Origin: an uncultured Candidatus Rokubacteria bacterium
Lineage (GTDB): Bacteria; Methylomirabilota; Methylomirabilia; Rokubacteriales; DASRDR01
Length of the DNA stretch: 64,000 bases
Direction of reading: 5' to 3'
NCBI GenBank assembly: GCA_963826115.1
Contig: CAWGVS010000006.1
Coordinates: 640,001 to 704,000, forward strand
Part shown: positions 24,737 through 34,916 of the stretch, in pieces
Numbering within the stretch: the first letter of the stretch is position 1
How the letters are laid out: every line of letters starts with the position of its first letter
Made by a program: the position numbers and the translations under genes
Notes under the pieces: model-generated
The model's input: the letters and a program-made list of their open reading frames with translations, nothing else
Told to the model about the DNA's origin: nothing
Database searches by the model: none

Positions 24737-25345
24737 GCGCGCTGGCGGACGCGGAGCCACGTCGCCGTGCCGAGACACGCCATCGCCGCGGTGCCCCAGG
24801 GGAACGGGTGGCCGATCGCGAAGAGGGCGCCGGCGAGCGCCACGAGGCCGGCGACGGCCCGGCCCGCGCCCGCCTGGCGGAGCGCGACGGCCGCGGCCCC
24901 GGCCGCGACCAGCCACGAGAGAATGGCGATGCTGATCACGAGGAAGATCGCCGCGCCCCCCGGCGTCCGCTGCGCGTCCCAGAACGCCTGGATCTGCTGT
25001 ATCGCCGCGACCCGGGCCTCGCCGTCCAGGCCGCGCAGGAGGCCGATCAGCGTGCCGGTGCCGATCCCGACGACCGCGTCGAAGGCGCTGTAGAAGGCCA
25101 GGAACGGTACCAGCGCCAGCCGGCACACGGTGGCGGCGCGGAGTCGCGCATCCCTCGACGAGGAGCCAGAGCGTCGCGGCGAGGAGCGCGAGCAGGACGA
25201 GCTGGACGACGTGGACCGCCAGCCAGCGGCCGAGGCTCGGCTCGAGCGCCTCGACGATCGAGCGCCCCCGGGGACGCGGATGGAGCACGCTCACGACGCC
25301 GAAGGCGACCGGAGTCCCGAGGAGGACGAGCCGCCGGGCGTCCAT
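24733..25345 (-). CDS. membrane protein, +1 frameshift near 25140
   Basis: N-half MDARRLVLL..WLAVHVVQL and C-half FYSAFDAVVGIGTG in different frames; coupled to both neighbours. Confidence 0.65.
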
Positions 25346-26193
25346 CAGTACCAGAGACCCGCGACCGCGGCGACGAACGTGATCACGCTGATGTAGCCGT
25401 TCACGTTGAAGAAGGCCATGTCGAGCTTCGAGAGGTCGGTCGCCGAGACGAGGGAGTGCTCGTAGACGAGGAGCCCCACCACGACCAGCCAGCCGACCCA
25501 GTAGAGGACGCCGAGCCCGAGCGTCCAGCCGGCGGCCGCGAGGGCGAGCGCGGTCAGGACGTGGCACGCGCGCGCGGCCTGGAGCGCCGCGGGGATCCCG
25601 AAGCGCGCGGGCACCGAGTGGAGGCCCTCCCGCCGGTCGAACTCGACGTCCTGGCACGCGTAGAGGAGGTCGAACCCCGCGATCCACACGGTGACGGCGA
25701 GCCAGAGGAGCCACGCGGGCCACTCCATCGTCCCGCGCACCGCGATCCACGCGCCCGCCGCCGCCGCGCCGTCGGTGAAGCCGAGGATCCAGTGGGAGAG
25801 CCAGGTGAAGCGCTTCGTGTAGGAGTAGCCGACGAGGAAGACCAGCGCGATCGGCGCGAGCGCGAGGCAGAGGGGCCCGAGCTGCCACGCCGCGACGAAG
25901 AAGAGCGCGGCCGAGGCGATCGTGGCGAGCGTGAGGTCGCGCGGCTTCAGGATCCCGCGCGGCAGGTGCCGCCCTGCCGTCCTTGGGTTCCGCGCGTCGA
26001 GCTGGCGGTCGATCAGCCGGTTCGCGGCCATGGCCGTCGTCCGCGCCGCCACCATCGCGATCGTGATCCAGAGGACGGCGTGCCACCCCGGCCAGCCGCG
26101 CGCCGCCAGCACCATCCCCAGGTAGGCGAACGGCAGCGCGAACACGGTGTGCTCCACCTTGATCGCGTCGAGGAAGTGCCGGAGCGTCGACAT
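25345..26193 (-). CDS. mqnP: UbiA-family prenyltransferase (MqnP type)
   Basis: IKVEHTVFALPF, NRLIDRQLDARNPRT, YSYTKRFT, GFDLLYACQD. Confidence 0.9.
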   Translation of the reverse strand: MSTLRHFLDAIKVEHTVFALPFAYLGMVLAARGWPGWHAVLWITIAMVAARTTAMAANRLIDRQLDARNPRTAGRHLPRGILKPRDLTLATIASAALFFVAAWQLGPLCLALAPIALVFLVGYSYTKRFTWLSHWILGFTDGAAAAGAWIAVRGTMEWPAWLLWLAVTVWIAGFDLLYACQDVEFDRREGLHSVPARFGIPAALQAARACHVLTALALAAAGWTLGLGVLYWVGWLVVVGLLVYEHSLVSATDLSKLDMAFFNVNGYISVITFVAAVAGLWY

Positions 26194-26408
26194 GATGGCG
26201 GCTCCAGGGTACCCCGAGTCTGACCGGGGTCAGCCACGCAGGTGGCGCCGGCTCCGAGCCGGACCCTGCGTGCCGCGGCTAGCAGCTGCGCGAATCGAGC
26301 GCCGCAGGCTCGAGATGCGCCAACCGAGACGGGCAACGCCGGGGCGATCTGGCGGGACCGGAGCGAACCGACGCCAGGGCCCGCGGCAGGGCCAGGACGC
26401 GGCGGCGC

Positions 26409-27983
26409 TCAGCGCGGGCTGTGGAGGTGGAGGACCTTCCCCGCCGACGTGGCCATCGGCGGCCGGCGCTCGAGCGTGAGGAGCCGCGCCCCGCGCCACG
26501 CGAGCTCGCCGACGCGCTGGGCGCCCCCGCGCTCGCCGAGGGTCCGCAGGAACTCGTCCACGACGAGGGCGGCGTCGAGCGGGCCCACGCGCGGATGGAC
26601 GAGGAGGCGGAGCCGCGGCCGGCCGTCCTGCGCCTCCTCCTCGACGAGCTGGTAGTCGCCCGGCCCGCCGCCGAACCGCCGCGGGAGCGCCTCCTCCAGG
26701 ATGGCGACGACGTCGGTGTCGAGGAACGCCATCCCGGCGGCGGTCAGCTTCTCCGCGCTCCGGACGCCCCCGAGGTGCGTCCGCCAGCCCGGCCGGTCGA
26801 GCGGGCAGCCGCAGCGGCGCTCGCCGAGGCCGCCGCCGTCGCCGAGGGACAGGTTCACGAGGAGGAGCGTCGCCGTCGGACGGAGCGACGTGATCAGGAA
26901 CGTGTCGGCGTCGACGCCATGCCCGAGCGCGGCTCCCACCTGAACCACGGCGTGGAGCTCGCCCAGCACGTGGACGTCGTCGGGGCCGTCCGGCCGGGCG
27001 CAGCCGAAGGCGACCGGCCCCGTCTCGACGCTTCCGTAGCGCGCGACCGTCTCGGCGCCCGTGTCGCGCACCGTCCGGAGCCGGGCCACGGTGACCGGCT
27101 CGCTGCCCATCGTGAGGCGGACGCCGTCGAGGGCCTGGCCGCGGGCGCGCGCCGCCTCGGCCAGGCGCACCGCCGCGCTCGAGATCGTGTGAAGGTAGGG
27201 CCGTCCGCCGGCGGCGAGGACCGCGCGGATCCAGTCGAGCACCGGCGTCGGGTCCTCGGGCAGGACGTGGGTGGCCCGCGGCAGCGCCGCGCCGGCCGCG
27301 AGGCTCGCCCAGCGCATGATCCGCGCGCTCCACCGGTAGCGCGCGTGGAGCCCCGGCGAGTCCGGCCGGACCGGGGAGAACCAGCGCTCCGGCCGCATGC
27401 CGGCGGCCGCGTACTCGAGGATGCGCACCATCGCTGCCGCGCCCGGCATGCCCCAGACGGCCACGCGGGAGCCCCGCCAGCCCAGCGCGTCGAACGCGAC
27501 CGGCACGTGAACGGCCCGGTCGCGGAGCCACGCGAGGTCGATCGGGACCGGCGTGCCCTCGCTCCGGCTCCCGCCCGTCCGCGCCGAGAGGGAGGTCGCC
27601 GCCCCCGGGTTCATGAACGCCCGCGGCGTCGCCTCGATGGAGAGCGCGCCGCGGACGATCGGCCGGCGGCCCTTGAACTCGTCGACCGTCACGTACACGC
27701 CCTCGCGGGCGAGCCGGCGGAGCGCGCCCTCGAGGCCGTCCTCGCGGACGAGGCGCGCCAGGTCGCCGGCCTCGCAGCCGGCGTGGCGGAGGAGCGCGCG
27801 ATAGGGGCTCGCGGCAGTGTCGACCGCGGCCCGCGCCACGCGAAGGAAGTCGGCCTCGCGCTGCGCCAGCCGCTCGCCGAGGAGGCGCCGGGACTCCGCC
27901 AGCGTGAGCGGCCGGCGGACAAACACGGGGAGCCCGGTGACGAGCCGGAGCCCCGCCCGGAGATCCTCCGCCACTACCCCCAC
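26409..27983 (-). CDS. adenylate-forming (phenylacetate-CoA ligase-like) protein
   Basis: RTGGSRS P-loop variant, YGSVETG, NLSLGD, CGCPL. Confidence 0.65.
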   Translation of the reverse strand: MGVVAEDLRAGLRLVTGLPVFVRRPLTLAESRRLLGERLAQREADFLRVARAAVDTAASPYRALLRHAGCEAGDLARLVREDGLEGALRRLAREGVYVTVDEFKGRRPIVRGALSIEATPRAFMNPGAATSLSARTGGSRSEGTPVPIDLAWLRDRAVHVPVAFDALGWRGSRVAVWGMPGAAAMVRILEYAAAGMRPERWFSPVRPDSPGLHARYRWSARIMRWASLAAGAALPRATHVLPEDPTPVLDWIRAVLAAGGRPYLHTISSAAVRLAEAARARGQALDGVRLTMGSEPVTVARLRTVRDTGAETVARYGSVETGPVAFGCARPDGPDDVHVLGELHAVVQVGAALGHGVDADTFLITSLRPTATLLLVNLSLGDGGGLGERRCGCPLDRPGWRTHLGGVRSAEKLTAAGMAFLDTDVVAILEEALPRRFGGGPGDYQLVEEEAQDGRPRLRLLVHPRVGPLDAALVVDEFLRTLGERGGAQRVGELAWRGARLLTLERRPPMATSAGKVLHLHSPR

Positions 27984-28108
27984 CGACGCTCCCCGCGCGT
28001 CCAGACGGTGGCGGCGGCCCAGCCCGTGAGGACCTCTCGTGGGTCGTCCTCATCCGGGGTGGCGAGCCACGTTGGTGCGGGGGGCGAGCAGTCCACCGTC
28101 GTCGAGCT

Positions 28109-29035
28109 CTAGCGGCCGCCCCGCCGCTCGTCGGGGAATTCGCGCTCGGAACGGGGGATCCGCTGCCGATAGTTCTCCACGCCGACGTAGACGGTCCGAC
28201 CGGCGAGCTGTCGGCGGTACCCGGCGACAATGACCTCGAGCCGATGGGCTCGCGTGTCGGAGGGCGGGTGCGACCAGAGGTACGAGCCCATGGCCTCACC
28301 CGCCGCCTGTGCGATCTCGCCCACCGGTGTCGTCGCGCGGGGCGGGTGAGGTCTGCCGAAGCGCCCGGCGAGGCGCTCGAAGACCTTGGCTCCGGCCTCC
28401 GGCGCGTACCCACCCTCGACGCTCACTCGCACGCCTTGCGCGTCGGCCTCGACCTCCTGGTACTTGGTGTAGCCCGCGGCCAGCACGCGCCGGGTCAGCG
28501 CGGCGAGCTGGCCAACCTCCCGGAGCCCGACTTTCCCGAGGGCGGCCTGATACTGGTACCGCTCCACGCAGTGCCGGAGGTCGACATGTGCCATCTCGTG
28601 GCCGAGGATCGCCGCCAGCTCTGCCTCGGATTGGAGGAAGTCCAGCATGCCGGTGAAGACGAAGACCTGTCCGCCGGGAATCGCGAACGCGTTGATGGAG
28701 GGGGAGCGGACCACGTGGAACTCGTACCGGATCCCGCGGCGGCGGACGTGGGGCGCCAGCGCCTGGCCGACCGCCGACACGTATCGCGTCGCCTCCAGGT
28801 CCTCCCGCCAGCTCCCGACGACCTGGCCGGCGATCGTCCGGCCGAGGTCCATCTCCTCGCGGTCGCCCATTCGCGTCAGCCGGAGCCCGAACTGGTCGGC
28901 GTCGCGCAGCACGTCGCCCCACATCTCGGCCACGGAGGACAGGGTCACCTCCTCGTCGGGTCGCCCGACCCAGGTGGCGACGCCACCGGCGAGGAGGAGC
29001 GCGAGGACGACGGCGAGAGCGCGGCGATCGGCCAA
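28109..29035 (-). CDS. M48 family metallopeptidase
   Basis: INAFAIPGG, ELAAILGHEMAH, EVEAD, SHP; AGGAGG SD before TTG. Confidence 0.88.
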   Translation of the reverse strand: MADRRALAVVLALLLAGGVATWVGRPDEEVTLSSVAEMWGDVLRDADQFGLRLTRMGDREEMDLGRTIAGQVVGSWREDLEATRYVSAVGQALAPHVRRRGIRYEFHVVRSPSINAFAIPGGQVFVFTGMLDFLQSEAELAAILGHEMAHVDLRHCVERYQYQAALGKVGLREVGQLAALTRRVLAAGYTKYQEVEADAQGVRVSVEGGYAPEAGAKVFERLAGRFGRPHPPRATTPVGEIAQAAGEAMGSYLWSHPPSDTRAHRLEVIVAGYRRQLAGRTVYVGVENYRQRIPRSEREFPDERRGGR

Positions 29036-29043
29036 TGGGCCTC

Positions 29044-32000
29044 CTAGAGGTAGCGCCGGAGCTGCGCGCCGAAGCGCGCATAGACGAACGACACGCCCAG
29101 GAGGACGAGACCGAGCCCGACGAACGAGAGGATGCGGGCGGGGGTGTCCAGCCCGCGGAAGTCGAGCGCGAACAGCTTCAGGGTGCAGACCGCGAGGAGG
29201 AGGAGACCCGAGAGCCTGAGGACCCGCTCCCGGAGCGGCAGACCGACCGTCAGGAGCAGGGCCCCCGCGATCGCCCATGCCAGGGTCAGGAGCCGTCCCG
29301 ACACCTCGTAGGACAGGAGCACCGCGAGGAGCGCGGTGCCGAGGATCGAGTAGACCGCCCGCGCGTGGAGGTCGAACCGGACGAGGCCGCGCACGATCCG
29401 GTTGCGCGAGATGACAGCCGGGACGGCGGGTGACCGCGGCGAGAGAAACTGCCCGGCGTAGAAGCTGGCGATGACGACGGCCCCCGTCCCGATGCGACCG
29501 AGCGGCCCGGCGAGGCTCTCCGGGATGTAGAAGTTCGTGGCCCAGCTGCGGCCGAAGGTGAGGAGCGCCACGGCGTAGGCTTGCCACCGCAGGTCGCGCT
29601 CGTCGGCACGGACACCCCACCAGAGGAGCCCGAGCCCAAGGAGCGCCCAGCCGATCACGGCCATGGCGCGACCCGCCTCGAAGCGCACGAGGAAGACGGC
29701 GAGGACTGCCGGCGCGTAGAGATACAGGCGCGGGAGCCGCGCCTCCCAGACGGCCAGCGTGGCCGCCGCGCTGGCCCGGAGCCTGGCCGACAGGTAGTAG
29801 AGGAGGACGATGAAGGGGAGGACCGTCAGGATCCGATGGGACACGCCCACCGTCTCTCCCAGGTTGGCGAAGTTCGCGAGGAACAGTCGGCCGAACGCGG
29901 CCGCGACCACGAGATGCCCCTGGAGCCTGAGCGCGGGAAGCACCCGCGAGAAGCCCAGCTCGATCAGAAGGAGTCCCAGTATGCCCCAGGCCACTGCGAC
30001 GACCGGCGCCGGGAGGACGTGCCAGAGCAGGGTCGCCAGGAGGACGGTGCCGGCAGCCGAGGCCGCGTCCCGAGCCATCCGCCGTTCCGTGACCGGGAGT
30101 CCGCCCGGGGTCAGCCGGAAGAGCCTGACGGCGGCGCCGTACGTCAAGAGCACCCCGGGCACGAGCGGGACCCAGAGGTAGCGGCCGGACGTGGCGCCGA
30201 ACCCCAGCTCGTTGACGACCAGGAAGGCGGCCAGGCCCAGCGTGGCGATTCCGTACGCCTGGGCCCGCAGCTCGTCGAGGGACCGGCGGAGGCCGAGCTC
30301 GAACAGCGCCGCCGCGAGCAGGAGCCAACCGGTCCCGACATACTCGCGGGGCAGCTCGTAGCCGAGGACCAGCGCGAGCAGCGCGGACCCACCGAAGCTG
30401 TAGGCGGTCTCGGCGGCTCGGAGCCGTGGCCCCGCCCGGCTCGCGGCGGCCAGCGCGCGGTTCACGTAGAACACCGTGACGGACAGCAGCGCGAGTGGCG
30501 TCACGGCCATGAGTGACCGACCGGCAACGGTCACGTGGCCGGCACTCGTCAGGTCGACCAGCGCGAGCTTGACCAGGGAGATGGCGAAGACCACGCCGCC
30601 CAGGGCTCGGAGATACGGCTGGCCGAGGCGGAGGCCAGCCAGGAAGAGCAGCTCGGCCTCCAGGAGGAGGCCGAGGTTGACGCGCAGCCCCGAGAAACGC
30701 ATCGCGATGGCGGCGATTCCCAGCGCGGCGGCCAAGGCGATCGGGGCTTCGTAGCTGCCCGACAGCGCCCGCGCCAGTGCGTCCGCCTCCGCAGCGACGC
30801 CGGTCGGCGGCGGCCGCAGGCGCGCCCGGATCAGGGCACTGGCGAGGTAGGCGACCCCGCTACCCGCCAGGAGGAGGTAGAGGGCGTCGGCCTGGGCCGT
30901 CGGCCAGTACAGGAGCGACACCCCGAGGAAACCGCACGCGTTGAGCGGGAAAAGCGTCCGCGCGAGCTGCGGCCGGGTGTCCCGCCTCAACCCCAGGAGG
31001 TCGAAGCCCTCGAAGAGAAGCCAGTAGGCGGCGAGGACCGACTGGCCCGTGAGCGGGTCGGGCCCCGTGCCGGGCGAGAGCCCGGGGCCGAAGCGCAGGG
31101 CATACGCGGCGTAGGTGGCGATGAGCCCCCCGACCGCGAGCGAAACCCACGCGAAGCGCTGGGCCACGAGGACGAGGGAGGCCACGAGCGGCAACGAGGC
31201 GGCCAGGGCAAATCCGGACAGCGGGCTGAGGATCAGCGTGATGAACCCGACGCCGTAGGCGACGCCGGTGACGACCTCCCGGCGATACGTCAGCGAGTGG
31301 CAGACGAGGCCGGCGGCCACTGCGGCCAGCAGCAGCATCCCGCTCAGGGGGTTGTCGATCACCCGCGCGGCTTCGAGGCCGTGCGCGGCGTAGGTGGTGA
31401 AGTAGAGGGCCGCCCACCCGCCCCCGATCAGGCCGCGGGCGAAGATCACATAGCGGGCGCGCCGTTCCAGGACGACTCCGCCGGCCAGCATCGCCACGCC
31501 GACGCCGAGTCCGACGGCGACCCTTCCCGCGGGGCCGAGGTTGGTGAGCGAGTAGCCCAGGAACAGGCTGATCCCGATGACGAGGACGAGGACGCCAACC
31601 TTGTTCGCCCAGCTCCCGCCGACGACGGCCTCCCACTCGCCACCCCGAAGCTCCGCGCGGAGCCGCTCGCCCAGCCGGGCCAGGAACGAGGGTTGTGCGG
31701 GTTCGCGCGGGATGCCTTCGGGCTCCTCGGTTCCCTCCGTAGCGACGCTCTGGGCCGCGACGACCGGAGTCGGAGGGAGCGGCGGGCCGCGCCGAAGCGC
31801 CTCGGCGGCAGCCGGATGAATCCAGACGGACCCCGGAGGCTTGGCCCCGACCGTGGCTTGGGCGGGCGCCAGCGACTCCCGAGTCGGATCCCGGAGGGCC
31901 TCCTCGAGGCGCGCCACGCGCGCGAGCAGGTCCTGGACGAGGGGTTCGGTGTCAGGCGGAGGTCGATCCGAGCTCAGCTGCTCGACCCGGCGGCCCAGCT

Positions 32001-32064
32001 TCACCACGCGCCAGATCAAGAACGCCAAGACCACGAAGACGATGAGAGGGGTCACGGGGTCCAT
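29044..32064 (-). CDS. DUF2339 family large polytopic membrane protein
   Basis: WEAVVGGSWANKVG, GGGWAALYFTTYAAH, KLFALDF..RILSFVGLG..SFVY. Confidence 0.85.
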   Translation of the reverse strand: MDPVTPLIVFVVLAFLIWRVVKLGRRVEQLSSDRPPPDTEPLVQDLLARVARLEEALRDPTRESLAPAQATVGAKPPGSVWIHPAAAEALRRGPPLPPTPVVAAQSVATEGTEEPEGIPREPAQPSFLARLGERLRAELRGGEWEAVVGGSWANKVGVLVLVIGISLFLGYSLTNLGPAGRVAVGLGVGVAMLAGGVVLERRARYVIFARGLIGGGWAALYFTTYAAHGLEAARVIDNPLSGMLLLAAVAAGLVCHSLTYRREVVTGVAYGVGFITLILSPLSGFALAASLPLVASLVLVAQRFAWVSLAVGGLIATYAAYALRFGPGLSPGTGPDPLTGQSVLAAYWLLFEGFDLLGLRRDTRPQLARTLFPLNACGFLGVSLLYWPTAQADALYLLLAGSGVAYLASALIRARLRPPPTGVAAEADALARALSGSYEAPIALAAALGIAAIAMRFSGLRVNLGLLLEAELLFLAGLRLGQPYLRALGGVVFAISLVKLALVDLTSAGHVTVAGRSLMAVTPLALLSVTVFYVNRALAAASRAGPRLRAAETAYSFGGSALLALVLGYELPREYVGTGWLLLAAALFELGLRRSLDELRAQAYGIATLGLAAFLVVNELGFGATSGRYLWVPLVPGVLLTYGAAVRLFRLTPGGLPVTERRMARDAASAAGTVLLATLLWHVLPAPVVAVAWGILGLLLIELGFSRVLPALRLQGHLVVAAAFGRLFLANFANLGETVGVSHRILTVLPFIVLLYYLSARLRASAAATLAVWEARLPRLYLYAPAVLAVFLVRFEAGRAMAVIGWALLGLGLLWWGVRADERDLRWQAYAVALLTFGRSWATNFYIPESLAGPLGRIGTGAVVIASFYAGQFLSPRSPAVPAVISRNRIVRGLVRFDLHARAVYSILGTALLAVLLSYEVSGRLLTLAWAIAGALLLTVGLPLRERVLRLSGLLLLAVCTLKLFALDFRGLDTPARILSFVGLGLVLLGVSFVYARFGAQLRRYL

Positions 32065-32609
32065 CAGGCCGAGACGAGGCGTCTCGCCGGCTTCGAGCTC
32101 GGGTGGCTCGGGGGACACCGGAAGGTGGCCATCGCGAAGGGCGGGCGCCCGTGTATCGGGGCCCGGCCGAGCGGAGCTCGTTTCCGGGATTTTCGACGTG
32201 GACCCATATCCGCCACCTGTCATGGCCCTGAACGAGCGGGCCATCCGTCTGGCGAGTCGCTCGCCCGGCGAGTGGACGTGACCTCAGCGCACGGCGGAGG
32301 GGGGACTTCCTTCTCGGCGAGCCTCCGTACCCTCGGGAGCGTGGAGGGTCTGGGCAGGCGTGAGGGACCCGGAAGCCAGGGGCCTCCAGCACCCCTGCGG
32401 GCGGTCGGTTAGCTGGCCGGAATGGTCCCCGACTCTACGTCGTCACCGGAGGTGCGTCAATGCGCTCCGCGAAGTGGAGCGTCGACACCGTCGAATGGGA
32501 GCCAGCTCTGATGTGCTGCTCCTGTTGGCACGGCGACGGGGCGTCCGAAACAGGCGGAGCCGCGCCGGCGACGCCGGTCAGCGGACTGTGCCCGGCCGGC
32601 CCGCGTGGC

Positions 32610-34073
32610 TTACCGTTCGAGCCCGTACTCGCGCCAGCGCTGGGCGACGCGCTGGCGGACCTCGTCCGACATGCGGATCTCGTCCGGCCACGGCTGCTCG
32701 ACGCGGTCGAGGGGCGCCCGCTTCTCGGTCGCGTCGATGCCGAGCTTCCCGCCGTAGCGGTGGCGGAGCGCCGCGTGGTCGAGGTCGTCCGTCGGCCCCT
32801 CCACGATCACGAGGTCGCGCGCGGGGTCGATGTTGTTGGTCACGCGCCAGGCGACCTCGGAGAGGTCGTGGACGTTGACGCCCTCGTCGACCACGATCAC
32901 GTTCTTCGCCAGCATGAGGAGGCCGAGGCCCCAGAGCCCGTACATCACCTTGCGGACCTGCCCCGGGTAGCGCTTCTTGACCGAGACGATCACGAGGTTG
33001 TGGAAGACGCCCTCGGCCGGCATGTTCATGTCGACGATCTCCGGCACCATCATCCGGATGAGCGGCAGGAACATCCGCTCCGTCGCCTTGCCGAGCCAGT
33101 AGTCCTCCATCGGCGGCCGTCCGACGACGATCGTCGGGTAGATCGCGTCGCGCCGCCGCGTCACCGCGGTCAGGTGGAAGACGGGGTAGGGGTTCGCGAG
33201 CGAGTAGAAGCCCGTGTGGTCGCCGAACGGCCCCTCGACGCGCGACTCCGCCGGGTCGCAGTAGCCCTCCAGCACGATCTCCGCCTGCGCCGGCACCTCG
33301 AGGTCGATCGTCCGGCACTTCACCATCTCGACGCCCTTGCCCCGGATCCAGCCAGACAGCAGCATCTCGTCGAGCCCCGGCGGGAGCGGCGCCGTCCCGC
33401 TGTACATGGTCGCCGGGTCGGCGCCGAGGGCGATCGCCACCGGGATGCGCTCAAGCCCGGTGCGGCGCGCCTCGCGCTCGTGCTCGGCGCCGCCCTTGTG
33501 GGTCTGCCAGTGGAGGCCGAGCGTCCGCTCGTCGTAGACCTGGATCCGGTAGGTGCCGACGTTCCGGAGCCCGGTGACGGGGTCCCGCGTGATGACGAGC
33601 GGGAAGGTGATGTAGTGGCCCGCGTCCTTCGGCCAGCACCAGAGGATCGGGAGCGACGCGACCGACGGGCGGTCGGTCTCCACGACCTCCTGGCAGGGGC
33701 CGCTCTTCACGCTCCGCGGGCCCGCGCGCGCCACGTCGAGGAGCTCGAGCCCCTTCCTCATCTTGTCGAGGAGCGAGCCCGGCATCTTGAGCTCGAGGAG
33801 GCCCTTGATCTTCTCGCCGAGGTCGTCGAGCCGCTCGACGCCGAGGGCCCACGCCATCCGCTCCTCGGTCCCGAACGCGTTGATGAGGACCGGCATCGCC
33901 GCGCCCTCGACGTGCTCGAAGAGGAGCGCGAGGTTCTGCGCCTTCGGGCCCTTCACCGTGCGGTCCGCGATCTCCGTGATCTCGAGCTCGCGGCTGACGG
34001 GCGCGTCGATGCGCCGGAGCTGGCCCCGGTCCTCGAGGAGCTGGATGAACTCCCGGAGATCCAGAAAGCTCAC
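32610..34073 (-). CDS. ubiD: UbiD-family menaquinone biosynthesis decarboxylase (MqnL type)
   Basis: ELEITEI, RNVGTYR, EIVLEG, EGPFGDHTGFY, KKRYPGQ, GKLGIDAT. Confidence 0.92.
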   Translation of the reverse strand: MSFLDLREFIQLLEDRGQLRRIDAPVSRELEITEIADRTVKGPKAQNLALLFEHVEGAAMPVLINAFGTEERMAWALGVERLDDLGEKIKGLLELKMPGSLLDKMRKGLELLDVARAGPRSVKSGPCQEVVETDRPSVASLPILWCWPKDAGHYITFPLVITRDPVTGLRNVGTYRIQVYDERTLGLHWQTHKGGAEHEREARRTGLERIPVAIALGADPATMYSGTAPLPPGLDEMLLSGWIRGKGVEMVKCRTIDLEVPAQAEIVLEGYCDPAESRVEGPFGDHTGFYSLANPYPVFHLTAVTRRRDAIYPTIVVGRPPMEDYWLGKATERMFLPLIRMMVPEIVDMNMPAEGVFHNLVIVSVKKRYPGQVRKVMYGLWGLGLLMLAKNVIVVDEGVNVHDLSEVAWRVTNNIDPARDLVIVEGPTDDLDHAALRHRYGGKLGIDATEKRAPLDRVEQPWPDEIRMSDEVRQRVAQRWREYGLER

Positions 34074-34325
34074 GGTGTCACCGCTCCGCTGGTGGCGCTG
34101 AGTCCGCGCGCGGGGCGGCGCAGCCCAGTAGGTCGCCGCGGATCGAGCGCCGCAGACGCGAGACGCGCCGGCCGAGACGGACACGGCCCCCTTCGCCATC
34201 GGACCGCGACCGAGCAGGTCGCAGCCTGTGGCGAACGGGTGACGGAGCGAAGCCGCGCCGCGGGCCGGCCCGGAGACAGGACCGGCGGCATGGCAAACGT
34301 GGCGGTCGAAGCGGCGGCAGGCACG

Positions 34326-34817
34326 CTAGTCGTCGTAGATGAAGCGGACGAGGTAGCCCGCGATGATCGGGAACGCGAGGGTCGGGAGGACGCGCGCGAT
34401 GAGGAAGCGCGTCCCCATGAACGGCAGCTCCCACGCGAGGACCCGCTGGAACCCGAAGAGCGACCAGCTCGTCATGTACGCGACCAGCGCCGACAGGGAC
34501 GCCCCGCCCTTGTAGAACACCGCCATGATCGGGAAGCTCACGAGCGGCCCGCCCGGCGTCAGGATGCCCGCCACGAAGCCGGCGAAGATCGCGCGGTGCG
34601 TGTTGCCCCGGCCGAGCCAGTGCTGGATCAGGTCGGGCGAGATCATGACCTGGATCATCCCGGTCAGGACCAGCGCGGCGACCAGCCGGGGCATGATGTC
34701 GAGGAGGAGCTGGGCGCCGGCGCGGAGGCCGACCGCCGGCAGGCTCGGGTCGCGGAGGTACGCGGCGACCGTCACGGCGATCGCGAGGCCGTAGATGATG
34801 AAGTCGAACGTGTGCAT
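34326..34817 (-). CDS. small predicted permease
   Basis: AGILTPGGP, YMTSWSL, WELPFMG. Confidence 0.8.
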   Translation of the reverse strand: MHTFDFIIYGLAIAVTVAAYLRDPSLPAVGLRAGAQLLLDIMPRLVAALVLTGMIQVMISPDLIQHWLGRGNTHRAIFAGFVAGILTPGGPLVSFPIMAVFYKGGASLSALVAYMTSWSLFGFQRVLAWELPFMGTRFLIARVLPTLAFPIIAGYLVRFIYDD

Positions 34818-34916
34818 GCGGAGCCAGCTCCTCCGGGCAGGGGGATCCACGGAGCTCGCGGTGCGGGCGAGGGGGGCGCGCGCCAAAGCGCGGCCAGTAT
34901 AGCCTCGCCGCGACCC

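Noticed and set aside
23975-26086. 703-aa membrane protein-methyltransferase fusion
   Set aside because: Produced by the frameshift near 25140; the methyltransferase has its own coupled ATG at 24736.
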